A DNA stretch of 64,000 nt from an uncultured Clostridia bacterium (GTDB lineage Bacteria > Bacillota > Clostridia > Christensenellales > DTU072), in contig CALVTP010000006.1 in assembly GCA_944362765.1 (NCBI GenBank), positions 3,508-67,507 on the forward strand, written 5' to 3'. The position numbers were made by a program, and so were the translations under genes. This document shows positions 10,097 through 20,507 of this stretch, in pieces. Under the pieces are notes generated by a model. The model worked only from the letters and a program-made list of their open reading frames with translations, was not told where the DNA came from and did no database searches. Each line of letters opens with the position of its first letter. Position 1 is the stretch's first letter.

Positions 10097-11423
10097 ACCC
10101 GTAGTCGCCGTCGTCGGACGTCCGAACGTCGGAAAATCGACATTTTTCAACAAAATGGCGGGACGGAGAGTGTCCATAGTCGACGACATGCCCGGAGTTA
10201 CCCGCGACAGACTTTATACCGACGTCGAATGGTGCGGGCACAGGTTTACCCTTGTCGACACCGGCGGGATGGAGCTGAAAAGCGACGACGAAATGTGGAA
10301 ACACATCAAGCGCCAGGCGGAACTTGCGATAGACATCGCCGACGTCATCATCTTTTTTACCGACGGGAAGGCGGGAGTTTCCCCGGGCGACCACGATATC
10401 GCCAATATGCTCCGCCGTACCAAAAAACCGGTGGTGCTCGCGGTCAACAAAATCGACGGAAGAGATTCTTCCGCCATGTACGACTTTTACGAACTGGACA
10501 TCGGCGATCCGGTGGCTGTCTCCGCCGAGCAAAGCCTGGGGCTGGGGGATCTGTTGGACGAAGTCGTCCGTCACTTTGACAAAGGCACCGCTTCCGAGGA
10601 GGAGGACGAGTGCGTCAAAATTGCCGTTGTCGGAAAACCCAATGCCGGAAAATCTTCGCTTGTCAACAGAATTCTGGGTTATGACCGCGTCATCGTCTCG
10701 GACATACCGGGGACGACGCGCGACGCGATAGACACCCCCTTTACCCGCGACGGCAAAAAGTATATGCTGATAGATACGGCGGGGATCAGAAAAAAAGCGC
10801 GGGTCGACGAGGACGTCGAATATTACTCCGTCGTGAGGAGCATATCGGCTATCCGCCGCGCCGACGTCGTATTGGTGATGATAGACGCACGCGAAGGGAT
10901 AACCGAGCAGGACGTCAAAATAGCAGGCTTAGTGCACGAATCGGGGAAACCGGGGATAATAGTCATGAACAAGTGGGACATCGTCGAAAAGGATACCTCC
11001 ACGATGAACAAGCTGACGAATATCCTTAAAGAGGAGCTGAAATTCATGGACTACTTCAAAGTGGCATACGTTTCGGCTCTGACCGGACAGCGGCTGAAAA
11101 ACATCCTTTCCTTGGTGGACGAAGTCTACGAGCACACGACGCAAAGAGTGCAAACCGGGCTCCTGAACGATGTAGTCGGGGATGCCGTAACGGTAAATCC
11201 GCCGCCGACGCACAACGGAAAGAGGTTGAAGATTTTCTATGTGACGGAGACGGGGATCAAGCCTCCCACCTTCGTCGTATTCGTCAACGACCCGAAGCTT
11301 ATGCACTTTTCCTATAAACGTTATCTTGAAAATTGTATCCGCAAAAGTTTCGACTTTTCGGGGACTCCGATAAAGATAACCGTGCGCGCAAGAAACGACG
11401 AAAGCTTCGGCGGGAAGCAGTAG
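10089..11423 (+). CDS. der: Ribosome-associated GTPase Der (EngA)
   Basis: Two tandem G domains (GRPNVGKST and GKPNAGKSS) plus a KH-like C-terminus. Start set at ATG 10089 behind AGGGAGGA; the ORF-track start 9978 lies inside parC. Confidence 0.92.
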   Translation: MAKPVVAVVGRPNVGKSTFFNKMAGRRVSIVDDMPGVTRDRLYTDVEWCGHRFTLVDTGGMELKSDDEMWKHIKRQAELAIDIADVIIFFTDGKAGVSPGDHDIANMLRRTKKPVVLAVNKIDGRDSSAMYDFYELDIGDPVAVSAEQSLGLGDLLDEVVRHFDKGTASEEEDECVKIAVVGKPNAGKSSLVNRILGYDRVIVSDIPGTTRDAIDTPFTRDGKKYMLIDTAGIRKKARVDEDVEYYSVVRSISAIRRADVVLVMIDAREGITEQDVKIAGLVHESGKPGIIVMNKWDIVEKDTSTMNKLTNILKEELKFMDYFKVAYVSALTGQRLKNILSLVDEVYEHTTQRVQTGLLNDVVGDAVTVNPPPTHNGKRLKIFYVTETGIKPPTFVVFVNDPKLMHFSYKRYLENCIRKSFDFSGTPIKITVRARNDESFGGKQ

Positions 11424-11442
11424 CGGCATGGGGCTGCGGCAA

Positions 11443-11468
11443 CGGCGCTCCCGGGGCGTCGGCTTTTT
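11443..11468 (+). terminator. Possible intrinsic terminator after der
   Basis: GC-rich imperfect hairpin (11443-11461) followed by CTTTTT. Confidence 0.4.
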
Positions 11469-11526
11469 CCGTTTCCCGCTGCGGCGCCGTCCCGTATCAG
11501 ACGATATTTAATTGAGAGGTACATAT

Positions 11527-12780
11527 ATGAACTATCTTACACTCGATAAAAGCGAAAGACAACGCCTTCTTTCGGAAGAGAGGAGCCGCATGGAGGCATA
11601 CAAAGCCAAGGGGCTGAAGCTCGACATGAGTCGCGGAAAACCCTCGAAAGAGCAATTGGATTTAAGTAACGCTCTTTTTTCGGAACTCGACCCCGCGCGC
11701 GGATTTACGGGAAAGCAGGACTATCGTAACTACGGTATCTCCGACGGAATTCCCGAGATAAAGAAGCTCTTTTCGGAGCTTGCGGGCGTAAAAGAGAGCG
11801 AAATTATCGTAGCTTACAACGCGAGCCTCAACCTGATGTACGACAGCATCCAGCGCGCCATGCAGTTCGGTGTTTCCGGCGAAGAACCTTGGAACAAGCA
11901 AGGGAAAATCAAATGGATCTGCCCCGTCCCCGGCTACGACAGGCATTTTTCGGTGACGGAGCTTTTCGGGATAGAGATGATAAACGTTCCGATGCTCGAA
12001 GACGGTCCCGATATGGACAAAGTCGAGGAGCTCATAGCCGATCCCGCCGTCAAGGGTATGTGGAACGTACCGAAGTACTCCAACCCCACCGGCGTTATTT
12101 ACTCCGACGAAGTCGTCGAGCGTCTCGCCCGTATGAAACCTGCCGCAAAGGACTTCAGACTGATGTGGGACAACGCCTATATGGTGCACGCGCTCTACGG
12201 GCAGCAGGAGCAGGCGAACATTCTTTCGCTTGCAAAAAAATACGGTAACGAGGACATGATTTACGGCTTCGGCTCCACTTCGAAGATAACCTTCGCGGGG
12301 GCGGGAGTGTCTTTTATGTACTCTTCCGAAAAGAATATCGCCGAAATCAAAAAGTTTATGAATATCCAAAGCATCGGTCCCGATAAGCTGTCGCAGCTTG
12401 CCCATTACCGCTTTTTAAAGGACGCGGACGGCGTTCTCAGACTGATGGAAAAGCACGCGGCGCTCCTTCGTCCGAAGTTCGAAGCGGTGTTGAATATCCT
12501 TGACAGGGAGCTCGGAGATTTCCCGGCTTCCTGGACGAAACCCGAGGGCGGCTACTTTATTTCCGTCGACCTTCCCGAAGGTACCGCCAAAAGAACGGTG
12601 GAGCTTGCAAAGGAAATGGGCGTAGTCTTCACCGGCGCGGGCGCGACATATCCTTATAAGCGCGACCCGAAGGACTCCAACCTCAGGATAGCTCCTTCCC
12701 TCCCGCCGATATCGGAACTTGAGGAAGCCACCGAGATTTTCGCCGTCGCGGCAAAGATAGCCTATCTCGAAAAGGAATAA
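11527..12780 (+). CDS. PLP-dependent aminotransferase (class I/II-like)
   Basis: About 417 aa with an aminotransferase-like overall pattern. Start at ATG 11527 after GAGAGG. Specific substrate not assignable. Confidence 0.75.
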   Translation: MNYLTLDKSERQRLLSEERSRMEAYKAKGLKLDMSRGKPSKEQLDLSNALFSELDPARGFTGKQDYRNYGISDGIPEIKKLFSELAGVKESEIIVAYNASLNLMYDSIQRAMQFGVSGEEPWNKQGKIKWICPVPGYDRHFSVTELFGIEMINVPMLEDGPDMDKVEELIADPAVKGMWNVPKYSNPTGVIYSDEVVERLARMKPAAKDFRLMWDNAYMVHALYGQQEQANILSLAKKYGNEDMIYGFGSTSKITFAGAGVSFMYSSEKNIAEIKKFMNIQSIGPDKLSQLAHYRFLKDADGVLRLMEKHAALLRPKFEAVLNILDRELGDFPASWTKPEGGYFISVDLPEGTAKRTVELAKEMGVVFTGAGATYPYKRDPKDSNLRIAPSLPPISELEEATEIFAVAAKIAYLEKE

Positions 12781-12809
12781 AATACTTTTTCGGAAGTTAC
12801 GTGACCCTT

Positions 12810-12836
12810 GCCCGCTTTTCAGCGGGCTTTGTTTTT
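12810..12836 (+). terminator. Intrinsic terminator after the aminotransferase gene
   Basis: GCCCGC-TTTTCA-GCGGGC followed by TTTGTTTTT. Confidence 0.8.
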
Positions 12837-12931
12837 GTGCAGGCGTTCAGGCATTTTTACGTCTCTTCCCGCCATATGAGGCATATCCGACCCGGGAAAG
12901 TCATAAACTTAAACAAAAAAGGAGGACGAAA

Positions 12932-14401
12932 ATGTCTGAATACAATATTTACGCCGACATTGCATCGCGGACGGGCGGCGACATATATATAGGCGTTGTT
13001 GGACCCGTAAGGACGGGGAAATCGACGTTTATAAAGCGGTTCATGGAAGAAGCGGTCATACCGAATATCTCCGAAGCCGAAGAGGCGGCAAGGGCGACGG
13101 ACGAGCTGCCGCAGTCCGCAAACGGCAGGACGATAATGACGACGGAACCGAAGTTCGTACCCAATGCTGCCGTCAATATTTCGATAGGGAACGCCCGCGC
13201 GTCGGTAAGAATGATAGACTGCGTGGGGTACCTTGTCGAAGGCGCGCTGGGCGCCGAGGAAGAAGAAAAACCGCGGATGATCTCCACCCCCTGGAGCGAC
13301 GAAAAAATGCCCTTCGGAAAGGCGGCGGAGCTCGGTACGGAAAAGGTGGTAAAGGAGCATTCGACGATAGCCGTCGCGGTGACCACCGACGGAAGCTTTA
13401 CAGGAATCCCCGCTGCCCATTACGCGCCCGCCGAAGAAAGAGTGATAAAGGAATTGAAGGAGTCCGGAAAACCTTTTGCGGTAGTCGTGAATTCCGCCGC
13501 TCCCGACTCCCCCGAGGCGCAGGAAAAGAAAGCGGAACTTGAGGAAAAGTACTCCGTAAAGGTCATCGTCACCAACGTGCAGACGGCTTCGAAAGAGGAA
13601 TTCGACGGCATTCTCGAAGCGATAGTCCGCGAGTTTCCGATAAAGAAAGTGGAAGTCGAACTTCCCGACTGGCTTTATGCGCTCGGAGACCATCCCGCCA
13701 TGCTCGAAGTGGTGGAGGCACTGAAAACGGGAGAGGCGGGAAGTAAGATGGGAGACGCCGAACGCCTGACGGAAATTTTTTCGGATTCCGACTATCTTGC
13801 GGGCGAACCGGACATCTCGGCAGATGCCGGCAGTGGCGTCGTCCGACTGAAATTCTCGGCAAAAGACGGCGCTTTCTTCAAAGTCATTTCGGAACGATCC
13901 GGAGAAAATCTTAATTCCGAACGCGAGCTGCTAACCTATCTTATAGAAGCTTCCCACGGCCTGAAGCAATATAAAAAGGTGGCTTCGGCAATGGAAAAAG
14001 CCGATGAGACAGGTTACGGCGTAGTCACACCGTCGCTATCGGATATGAAGTTAGAGGCTCCCGAACTGACGCATAAAGGAACCCAATACGGCATAAAGTT
14101 AAAAGCGGTTGCTCCGAGTTATCATATGATAAAAGTCGATGTCGTCACCGAAGTCAATCCTATTATCGGTTCGGAGTCTTCCTCGGCTGAATTGGAGGAA
14201 TCTTTAAAACAAAAATTCGCTTCCGATCCGGAAGGTTTATGGCAGACGAACTTCCTGGGAAAGTCGCTTTCGGAGCTTGTTGCCGAGAACATGTCCGGGA
14301 AGACCGGCTCGGTGCCGGAAAACGTTCAGACCAAGCTCAGAAAGGCATTGAAGAGGGTGGTGAACGAACAGCGCGGATCTATACTTTGCATATTGATTTA
14401 G
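12932..14401 (+). CDS. spoIVA: Stage IV sporulation protein A (spore coat morphogenetic ATPase)
   Basis: N-terminus MSEYNIYADIASRTGGDIYIGVVGPVRTGKSTFIKRFME with Walker A. Length 489 aa. AAGGAGGA RBS. Confidence 0.92.
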   Translation: MSEYNIYADIASRTGGDIYIGVVGPVRTGKSTFIKRFMEEAVIPNISEAEEAARATDELPQSANGRTIMTTEPKFVPNAAVNISIGNARASVRMIDCVGYLVEGALGAEEEEKPRMISTPWSDEKMPFGKAAELGTEKVVKEHSTIAVAVTTDGSFTGIPAAHYAPAEERVIKELKESGKPFAVVVNSAAPDSPEAQEKKAELEEKYSVKVIVTNVQTASKEEFDGILEAIVREFPIKKVEVELPDWLYALGDHPAMLEVVEALKTGEAGSKMGDAERLTEIFSDSDYLAGEPDISADAGSGVVRLKFSAKDGAFFKVISERSGENLNSERELLTYLIEASHGLKQYKKVASAMEKADETGYGVVTPSLSDMKLEAPELTHKGTQYGIKLKAVAPSYHMIKVDVVTEVNPIIGSESSSAELEESLKQKFASDPEGLWQTNFLGKSLSELVAENMSGKTGSVPENVQTKLRKALKRVVNEQRGSILCILI

Positions 14402-14428
14402 AAGCTTATTACCTTCGTTTCGGTTTCG

Positions 14429-14458
14429 GCTCCGCGCTTCGGCGCGGGGCTTTTTTTT
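14429..14458 (+). terminator. Intrinsic terminator after spoIVA
   Basis: 9-bp GC-rich stem with a TTCG loop (14429-14450) followed by T8. Confidence 0.85.
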
Positions 14459-14579
14459 GTGAAAAACAGCTTTTGCGACTCTCCGCTTCGACCGAACAAA
14501 GACGGAATGCATACGTGCACGCGATTAAAATAAAAAATCGCTTTACTTAAAAATAATTTCGTTATATTATATTAATACT

Positions 14580-15533
14580 ATGCGCGACAGAAAAGCAAGT
14601 GCCGAAGAATTGAAAAGGGGAGTTTTCGACGTCATCGCTCACAGGCGCGCCGAGGTCAGGGAATCGGCTGCTATGGGCGGGGACGCCGCAGTCGTCGATT
14701 GCGGCGAGGTGCTCCTCCACACCGACCCCATTACCGGGCGGTGTGCGGACATCGGTTCTCTTGCGATAAAAGTGGTCTCCAACGACGTCGCAGCCGCGGG
14801 CGGGGAACCCGTTGCCGTTTTATTGACGGTGCTCCTTCCGAAGGAGTTTTCCGTCGAAGACCTGAAAAAAATAATGTCGGACGCCGAAGCGGAGTGCGGG
14901 AAGATCGGCGCGGAGATAGTCGGCGGACATTCGGAGTTCACCTCCGCCGTCACGCGCCCGGTGGTGTCGGCGATGGCTGTCGCAAAGCGGCTTCCGGGTT
15001 TTACGGCGATTGCTCCGAAGGCGGGCGATGACATCGTCATGACGAAGACGGCGGCTATGGAAGCTACCGTGCTGATGGCGGAGCGCGCTCCTTTACCGTT
15101 GGACGAAGAGGAACTTAACGAAATAGCTTTCATGAAGGAAAACCTCGGCATTATCCGGGACGCACGCGTTGCAGCGCTTTCGACGCCGGTCAGGATGCAC
15201 GACGTCACCGAGGGCGGCATTGAAAACGCCGTATACGAAGTGCTGTCGGGGGCGGGCGTCGGCGGAGTTATCGGCGCGGCGGAGGTACCGGTGGCGGATA
15301 TCACGAAAAAGCTTGCGGCGGCGTTCGGCGTAAATCCATTGAGATGTCTTTCGAGCGGCGCGCTTATCGCAATAACGCCTTTCGGTGAAAGACTCACAGA
15401 GGATCTGAAAAAGGCGGGTATACCTGCCAAAGTCATCGGAAAAGTTACCGACGGCGATATATTTATCGAAGAAAACGGCGTTTTGCGCGCGCTCAGCGGT
15501 TCTTCGGACGAATTTCTCGAAAGGGAGGTATAA
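14580..15533 (+). CDS. AIR synthase-related protein (PurM/HypE/ThiL-like fold)
   Basis: GGDAAVVD..., SNDVAAAGGEP and EIVGGHSE blocks are typical of the AIR-synthase superfamily. Confidence 0.75.
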   Translation: MRDRKASAEELKRGVFDVIAHRRAEVRESAAMGGDAAVVDCGEVLLHTDPITGRCADIGSLAIKVVSNDVAAAGGEPVAVLLTVLLPKEFSVEDLKKIMSDAEAECGKIGAEIVGGHSEFTSAVTRPVVSAMAVAKRLPGFTAIAPKAGDDIVMTKTAAMEATVLMAERAPLPLDEEELNEIAFMKENLGIIRDARVAALSTPVRMHDVTEGGIENAVYEVLSGAGVGGVIGAAEVPVADITKKLAAAFGVNPLRCLSSGALIAITPFGERLTEDLKKAGIPAKVIGKVTDGDIFIEENGVLRALSGSSDEFLEREV

Positions 15534-15535
15534 AA

Positions 15536-16411
15536 GTGGCAATGTTCAGCATGACCGGCTACGGAAAAGGCGTCGCCGAAAAAGGAGCGTTGAAAGTGAC
15601 GGTGGAGCTTAAAAGCGTCAATCACCGCTTTCTGGATGTCGCTTTGAAACTTCCGAGAAGTTTGCAATTTGCGGAAGCCGTCCTTCGCGAGGCGATTTCC
15701 GCAAGGTTTTCGAGAGGACATATCGACGTCTATCTTTCCGTCGACGACTCACGGGAGCGTTCCGGGGCGGTGCTGGACGAAAAACTTGCCGAAGACTACC
15801 TGAAAATCGCGAAAAGACTGCGCGAAATGGGATTCGCCGACGACCTCGGGGCGGCGGCATTGACCAGGGTACCCGAACTTATAAAGGCGCCGGAGCCCGA
15901 CGAAAAAGACGAAGAATTGCTTGAAGCCATCCGCGAGGCTCTGGGATACGCCGCGGACGCGCTTTCAGAAATGCGCCGCGGGGAAGGCGAACGCCTGAAA
16001 AAGGACATCGAGGAGAAGGTAGCTTCGATAGAAGAACTTGTCCTTGGCGTCCGGGCACGCGCGCCGGAGGCGTTGAAGGAGTACCGTGAAAAGCTTACCG
16101 AACGCATCCGCGAGGCGCTCGGAGAGGTCGAGCTGAACGAAAGTTTGGTATTGACTGAGGCTTGTATCTATGCCGACAAAGTCGCCGTCGACGAAGAGAT
16201 CACCAGGCTCTTCAGTCACATCGAAAACTATCGCGAGATAATCTCGGGAGCCTCTCCGATGGGGAAAAAGCTCGATTTTCTGACTCAGGAAGTCAACCGC
16301 GAAGCCAACACGATAGGCTCGAAATGTAACGATATCACAATAACGAAACTTGTTCTGGAACTCAAAAACGTCATCGAAACGGTGCGTGAACAGGTGCAGA
16401 ACATCGAATAG
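15536..16411 (+). CDS. yicC: YicC-family protein (stress-induced, endoribonuclease family)
   Basis: (MA)MFSMTGYGKG N-terminus and a C-terminal DUF1732-like ...EVNREANTIGSK block. GTG 15536 sits 7 nt after GGAGGT; ATG 15542 is an alternative start. Confidence 0.88.
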   Translation: MAMFSMTGYGKGVAEKGALKVTVELKSVNHRFLDVALKLPRSLQFAEAVLREAISARFSRGHIDVYLSVDDSRERSGAVLDEKLAEDYLKIAKRLREMGFADDLGAAALTRVPELIKAPEPDEKDEELLEAIREALGYAADALSEMRRGEGERLKKDIEEKVASIEELVLGVRARAPEALKEYREKLTERIREALGEVELNESLVLTEACIYADKVAVDEEITRLFSHIENYREIISGASPMGKKLDFLTQEVNREANTIGSKCNDITITKLVLELKNVIETVREQVQNIE

Positions 16412-16443
16412 AATTTTAACTCAAAAAAAGGAGATTACGCCAT

Positions 16444-16644
16444 ATGATGATCGATCCTCCGATTGACAAACTCATCAAGAAAGCGCCTTGCCGTTACGCC
16501 CTCGTCGTAGGTATTACCAAGCGCGCGAAAGACCTTCTCGATATGGACTCCGAGGAACTCAAAAACTCGGGGCTGAAAGCCGTCTCGTACGCAGCAAAGG
16601 AAATTTACGACGGTAAGATCAAGATTATCGTAGGAGATAAATAA
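16444..16644 (+). CDS. rpoZ: DNA-directed RNA polymerase subunit omega
   Basis: 66 aa. The ...RYALVVGITKRAKDL... core is typical of RpoZ. Position upstream of coaBC-priA fits. Confidence 0.85.
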   Translation: MMIDPPIDKLIKKAPCRYALVVGITKRAKDLLDMDSEELKNSGLKAVSYAAKEIYDGKIKIIVGDK

Positions 16645-16659
16645 ACTTCTCTTCTGGCG

Positions 16660-17829
16660 ATGAAAACGATAATTCTCGGAGTGACGGGCGGCATTGCCGC
16701 ATATAAAAGCTGCGAAATTGTTTCGCGGTTCAGGCGTCTCGGGTACGACGTCCGCGTCGTCATGACAAAAAACGCGACGGAGTTCGTCACCCCGCTGACC
16801 TTCGAAAGCCTTTCGCACAACAAAGTCGTCGTCGACACCTTCGACAAAAACCGCGAATTCGAAATCGAGCATATAAGCTATGCCGAGCTTGCCGACGCTT
16901 TCGTCATCGCTCCCGCGACGGCGAACTTTCTCGGAAAACTTGCGGGCGGCGTTTCGGACGACATGTTGACCACGACGGTGACCGCGACCCAAAAACCGGT
17001 GTTTATCTGCCCGGCGATGAACCGGAATATGTACTCCAACGCCGTGACCCAAGAAAATATTTCCAAGCTGACAAGGTTGGGATATTATTTTATCGGACCC
17101 GATTCGGGGCTGTTGGCTTGCGGAGTTACGGGCACCGGAAGAATGTCGGAACCGGAGGAAATAGTCTCCCGAATCGACGCTTTTCTGACCCCAAAAGCCG
17201 ACTTTCGCGGACGTACCGTATTGATAACGGCAGGGGGGACGAGGGAGCCTGTCGACGGAGTGAGATATATCTCCAACCGTTCTTCGGGGAAGATGGGGAA
17301 GGCGCTTGCGGACGCTGCAAAAGAGCGCGGTGCAAGGGTTATCTTTATTTACGGCTCCGTCTCGGTGCCGCTCCCTTCGGGGGTGGAAGCCGTGCATGTC
17401 GAAACGACGGCGGATATGTACCGCGAAGTGATGGCAAGAACCGCGGAAGCCGATATTTTCATTATGAGCGCAGCTCCCGGCGACTATTCCGTCGAAAACT
17501 ACACCCCGCATAAGATAAAAGCCGATTCACTCCTCCTCAGGCTGAAGAAAAACCCCGATATCGCGGCAGCGGTCGGGAAGGTGAAGGGGGACAGAAAACT
17601 TGTCGTCTTTGCGGCGGAGACCGACGACCTTATTGCTAACGCCATCGGGAAGCTTGAGGCGAAAAACGCCGATCTTATCGTCTCAAACGACGTGACGACG
17701 CCGGGCGCGGGCTTCGAGACGGACACAAACATAGTCACTTTAATAGAGCGCGGCGGCGCTATGACCGCCCTTGAAATGATGGATAAGCGCGCTCTTGCCG
17801 ACGTCATTCTGGACGCCGTTTCGTCATGA
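16660..17829 (+). CDS. coaBC: Bifunctional phosphopantothenoylcysteine decarboxylase / phosphopantothenate-cysteine ligase
   Basis: N-terminal flavoprotein motif GVTGGIAAYK and C-terminal DFP domain (ISNRSSGKMG). Confidence 0.93.
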   Translation: MKTIILGVTGGIAAYKSCEIVSRFRRLGYDVRVVMTKNATEFVTPLTFESLSHNKVVVDTFDKNREFEIEHISYAELADAFVIAPATANFLGKLAGGVSDDMLTTTVTATQKPVFICPAMNRNMYSNAVTQENISKLTRLGYYFIGPDSGLLACGVTGTGRMSEPEEIVSRIDAFLTPKADFRGRTVLITAGGTREPVDGVRYISNRSSGKMGKALADAAKERGARVIFIYGSVSVPLPSGVEAVHVETTADMYREVMARTAEADIFIMSAAPGDYSVENYTPHKIKADSLLLRLKKNPDIAAAVGKVKGDRKLVVFAAETDDLIANAIGKLEAKNADLIVSNDVTTPGAGFETDTNIVTLIERGGAMTALEMMDKRALADVILDAVSS

Positions 17830-20006
17830 TAGCCGAAGTAATAGTAGACATTTCAAGTTCCGACGTCGACAAGGTGTATGACTACATCGCGCCGGAAGGA
17901 GTGTGTCCCGGGCACAGGGTCATGGTGCCGTTCGGGCGACAACGCTTAGAAGGGATAGTCTTACGGTTAAAGGAAACCCCGGACACCCACCACGCCTTGA
18001 AGGCTATCGAGCGGATACTTGACCCGGAACCGATCATTTTGCCGGAATTTCTGGCGCTTGCCGAATTCATGCGCAAGAAAAATCTGCGGTATATCGACTG
18101 CTTTCGGCTGTTCATGCCGGCAAGGCTGCGCGGCGGAGAGATAAAGGAACTCAAAAGAAACTTTATTTACGTTACCGAAGGGCTGGATATCGAGACGGAG
18201 CTGGGCAGACTTTCCGTGCGCGCGACTGCGCAGCGGGCGCTTTTAAAAGAACTTTCGGCGGGCGCCGTGCGGGAGAGCGAGCTCATCGAGAGGTATTCTT
18301 CCCAAGCGATAAAGGCGCTTTCGGAGAAAGGATTGATTTACAAAAAAGCCGTCAGGAGCTTCAGAACGCCCGGCGGCATGAATATGGCGGCGGAAAAGCC
18401 GCAGCCCACCCCCTCCCAGCGACAGGTCATCGAGGCGGTGGAGAATGGAGAAGGCGTCTTTTTGCTGCACGGCGTCACCGGCTCCGGAAAGACCGAAGTT
18501 TATATGTCCGTTATCGAATCGGCGTTAAGAAACGGGAAGACCGCCGTCATGCTGGTTCCCGAGATTTCTTTGACCCCGCAAATGCTGGGGCTGTTCCGCG
18601 CCCGTTTCGGTGACGGAGTGGCGATACTTCACAGCGGGCTTTCCGACGGCGAACGCTCCGACGAATGGACGAGGCTCAGAAGCGGCGAAGCGCAGGTGGC
18701 GCTCGGCGCGCGTTCGGCAATTTTTGCCCCCCTTCGGAACATCGGCGTGATAATCGTCGACGAGGAGCACGACTCCAGCTATATTTCCGATTCGAACCCG
18801 AGGTACTTTACTTCGGAAGTCGCCGAATTCAGGGCAAAATTCAACGGCGCGAAGCTGATTTTAGGTTCCGCTACTCCGTCCGTCGAGAGCTATCATAAGG
18901 CGGTCAAAGGGGAATACAAGCTCCTGGAAATGCCCGAAAGAGTGGGAGTAGCGAGGCTTCCGGTACTTGAAACCGTCGACATGCGCGAGGAGATAAAAAG
19001 CGGCAATACCGGCATGTTTTCGGCGCGGCTCATCCGCGAAGTCAAGGCGGCTTTGGCGGACGGCAACCAGGCGATGCTCTTTTTGAACCGAAGGGGATAC
19101 GCCTCCTTTTTGCGGTGCAGAAAGTGCGGTTATGTGCCGAAATGCCCGGACTGCGACGTTTCGCTGACATATCACAAAGAAGACAACACCTTGCGCTGCC
19201 ACTATTGCGGCGCCAAGTTTAAAAGTATAGACGTATGTCCCCTTTGCGGTTACGACGACCTTAAAGAGGGGAAGACCGGAACCGAAAAGCTGGAAGAGGA
19301 GACCAAACGGCTCTTCCCGGAGGCAAGGGTATTGCGGATGGACAACGACACGACGAGAAGACGGGACGCTTACGTCGACATTCTGACCAAGTTCCGCCGC
19401 CGCGAAGCCGATATCCTGGTAGGTACCCAGATGATAGCCAAAGGGCACGACTTCAAAGACGTCACCTTGGTGGGGATAATCGACGCGGATATAGCGCTGT
19501 ATTATTCGGACTACCGCTCGGCGGAGAGGACGTTCCAGCTGATTACGCAGGTGGCGGGACGAGCCGGTCGCTCCGAGAAGGAAGGGAAGGTGGTAATGCA
19601 GACATACAGCCCCAATCATTACGTCTATAAGTACGCAAAGAGCTACGATTACAAGGGCTTTTTCAGAAATGAGATCCGGGCGAGGGAGCTGACGAAGTAC
19701 CCGCCTTTCACCAAAATAATACGGCTTCTGTCCCTGTCCGAAAACGAAAACGAGGCACGCCATGCGGCAAGGAGCATGGCTGAAGAGATAGTCGCCATAA
19801 AGCGCGGGGAATCCCGCGTGCTGCGCGTGCAGGTCATGCAGTCGGCTATAAAGCGCATCCGCGCCTGTTACCGCTACCAGGTGGTGGTCTGGATAGACTC
19901 CGCAGGAGAAGAGGAGATCTGTCCCGCGCTTTACGAACTCGGCAGAAAGTACTCGCGCGGCGGGGTGTCGGTTTTTGCCGAAGTCAACCCCCAACAAATG
20001 TTATAA
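17826..20006 (+). CDS. priA: Primosomal replication restart helicase PriA
   Basis: Walker A GVTGSGKTEVY, DEEH box and a Cys-rich zinc-binding insert (CRKCG...CPDC...CHYCG...CPLCG). Confidence 0.94.
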   Translation: MIAEVIVDISSSDVDKVYDYIAPEGVCPGHRVMVPFGRQRLEGIVLRLKETPDTHHALKAIERILDPEPIILPEFLALAEFMRKKNLRYIDCFRLFMPARLRGGEIKELKRNFIYVTEGLDIETELGRLSVRATAQRALLKELSAGAVRESELIERYSSQAIKALSEKGLIYKKAVRSFRTPGGMNMAAEKPQPTPSQRQVIEAVENGEGVFLLHGVTGSGKTEVYMSVIESALRNGKTAVMLVPEISLTPQMLGLFRARFGDGVAILHSGLSDGERSDEWTRLRSGEAQVALGARSAIFAPLRNIGVIIVDEEHDSSYISDSNPRYFTSEVAEFRAKFNGAKLILGSATPSVESYHKAVKGEYKLLEMPERVGVARLPVLETVDMREEIKSGNTGMFSARLIREVKAALADGNQAMLFLNRRGYASFLRCRKCGYVPKCPDCDVSLTYHKEDNTLRCHYCGAKFKSIDVCPLCGYDDLKEGKTGTEKLEEETKRLFPEARVLRMDNDTTRRRDAYVDILTKFRRREADILVGTQMIAKGHDFKDVTLVGIIDADIALYYSDYRSAERTFQLITQVAGRAGRSEKEGKVVMQTYSPNHYVYKYAKSYDYKGFFRNEIRARELTKYPPFTKIIRLLSLSENENEARHAARSMAEEIVAIKRGESRVLRVQVMQSAIKRIRACYRYQVVVWIDSAGEEEICPALYELGRKYSRGGVSVFAEVNPQQML

Positions 20007-20051
20007 ATTCAGGTTATCCGAAGAGGATAATTTGCCGAAGAGGATAAAGAT

Positions 20052-20507
20052 ATGGCACTCAGAAACATCTTTAAAGAAGGCGAACCCGTTTTGAGGCGCA
20101 AGGCGCGCCCCGTCGAAAACATCGACCAAAGACTATTGACGCTGCTTGACGATATGCGCGAGACGATGGTCCGCGCCGACGGAGTGGGACTTGCCGCTCC
20201 GCAGGTGGGCGTGTCGAAGCGCGTAGTCATAATAAAGCCCGATCCCGACTCCGACGAGATCATAGAGCTTATAAATCCCGTCGTCTCCGAAAAAACGGGA
20301 GTACAGGTGGCTGTCGAAGGCTGTCTCTCCGTCGACCCCGCGAAAAATTGCAGGATCGCCCGCCCGAACAGGCTGAAAGTCGAGTACACCGACAGATTCG
20401 GAAAATTCCACTCCGAGTATGCCGTCGGCTTCAAGGCGCGCGTCATTTGCCACGAGACCGATCATCTGGACGGCATATTGTTTATCGACAGGGAGTATAA
20501 AGGATGA
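20052..20507 (+). CDS. def: Peptide deformylase
   Basis: GVGLAAPQ, EGCLS and HETDHLDG motifs. Confidence 0.95.
   Translation: MALRNIFKEGEPVLRRKARPVENIDQRLLTLLDDMRETMVRADGVGLAAPQVGVSKRVVIIKPDPDSDEIIELINPVVSEKTGVQVAVEGCLSVDPAKNCRIARPNRLKVEYTDRFGKFHSEYAVGFKARVICHETDHLDGILFIDREYKG

Noticed and set aside
12841-12931. Sigma-E-type promoter upstream of spoIVA (CATATGAG / GCATATCC motifs).
   Set aside because: Only partial matches to the CATACA-T -10 element, and no convincing -35 at the right spacing. Too weak to call from sequence alone.
14639-15721. 360-aa ORF antisense to the AIR-synthase-like gene and the start of yicC.
   Set aside because: It is the mirror frame of a well-supported gene in GC-rich DNA. 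The translation is Ser/Ala/Pro/Thr-rich low complexity with no motif and no RBS. The same reasoning rejects the long antisense ORFs at 2613-3461, 12857-13693, 16435-17511, 18861-19997, 34184-34939, 35560-36483, 42891-44033, 44100-44831, 46871-48013, 56129-56986, 60293-61108 and 61582-62511.
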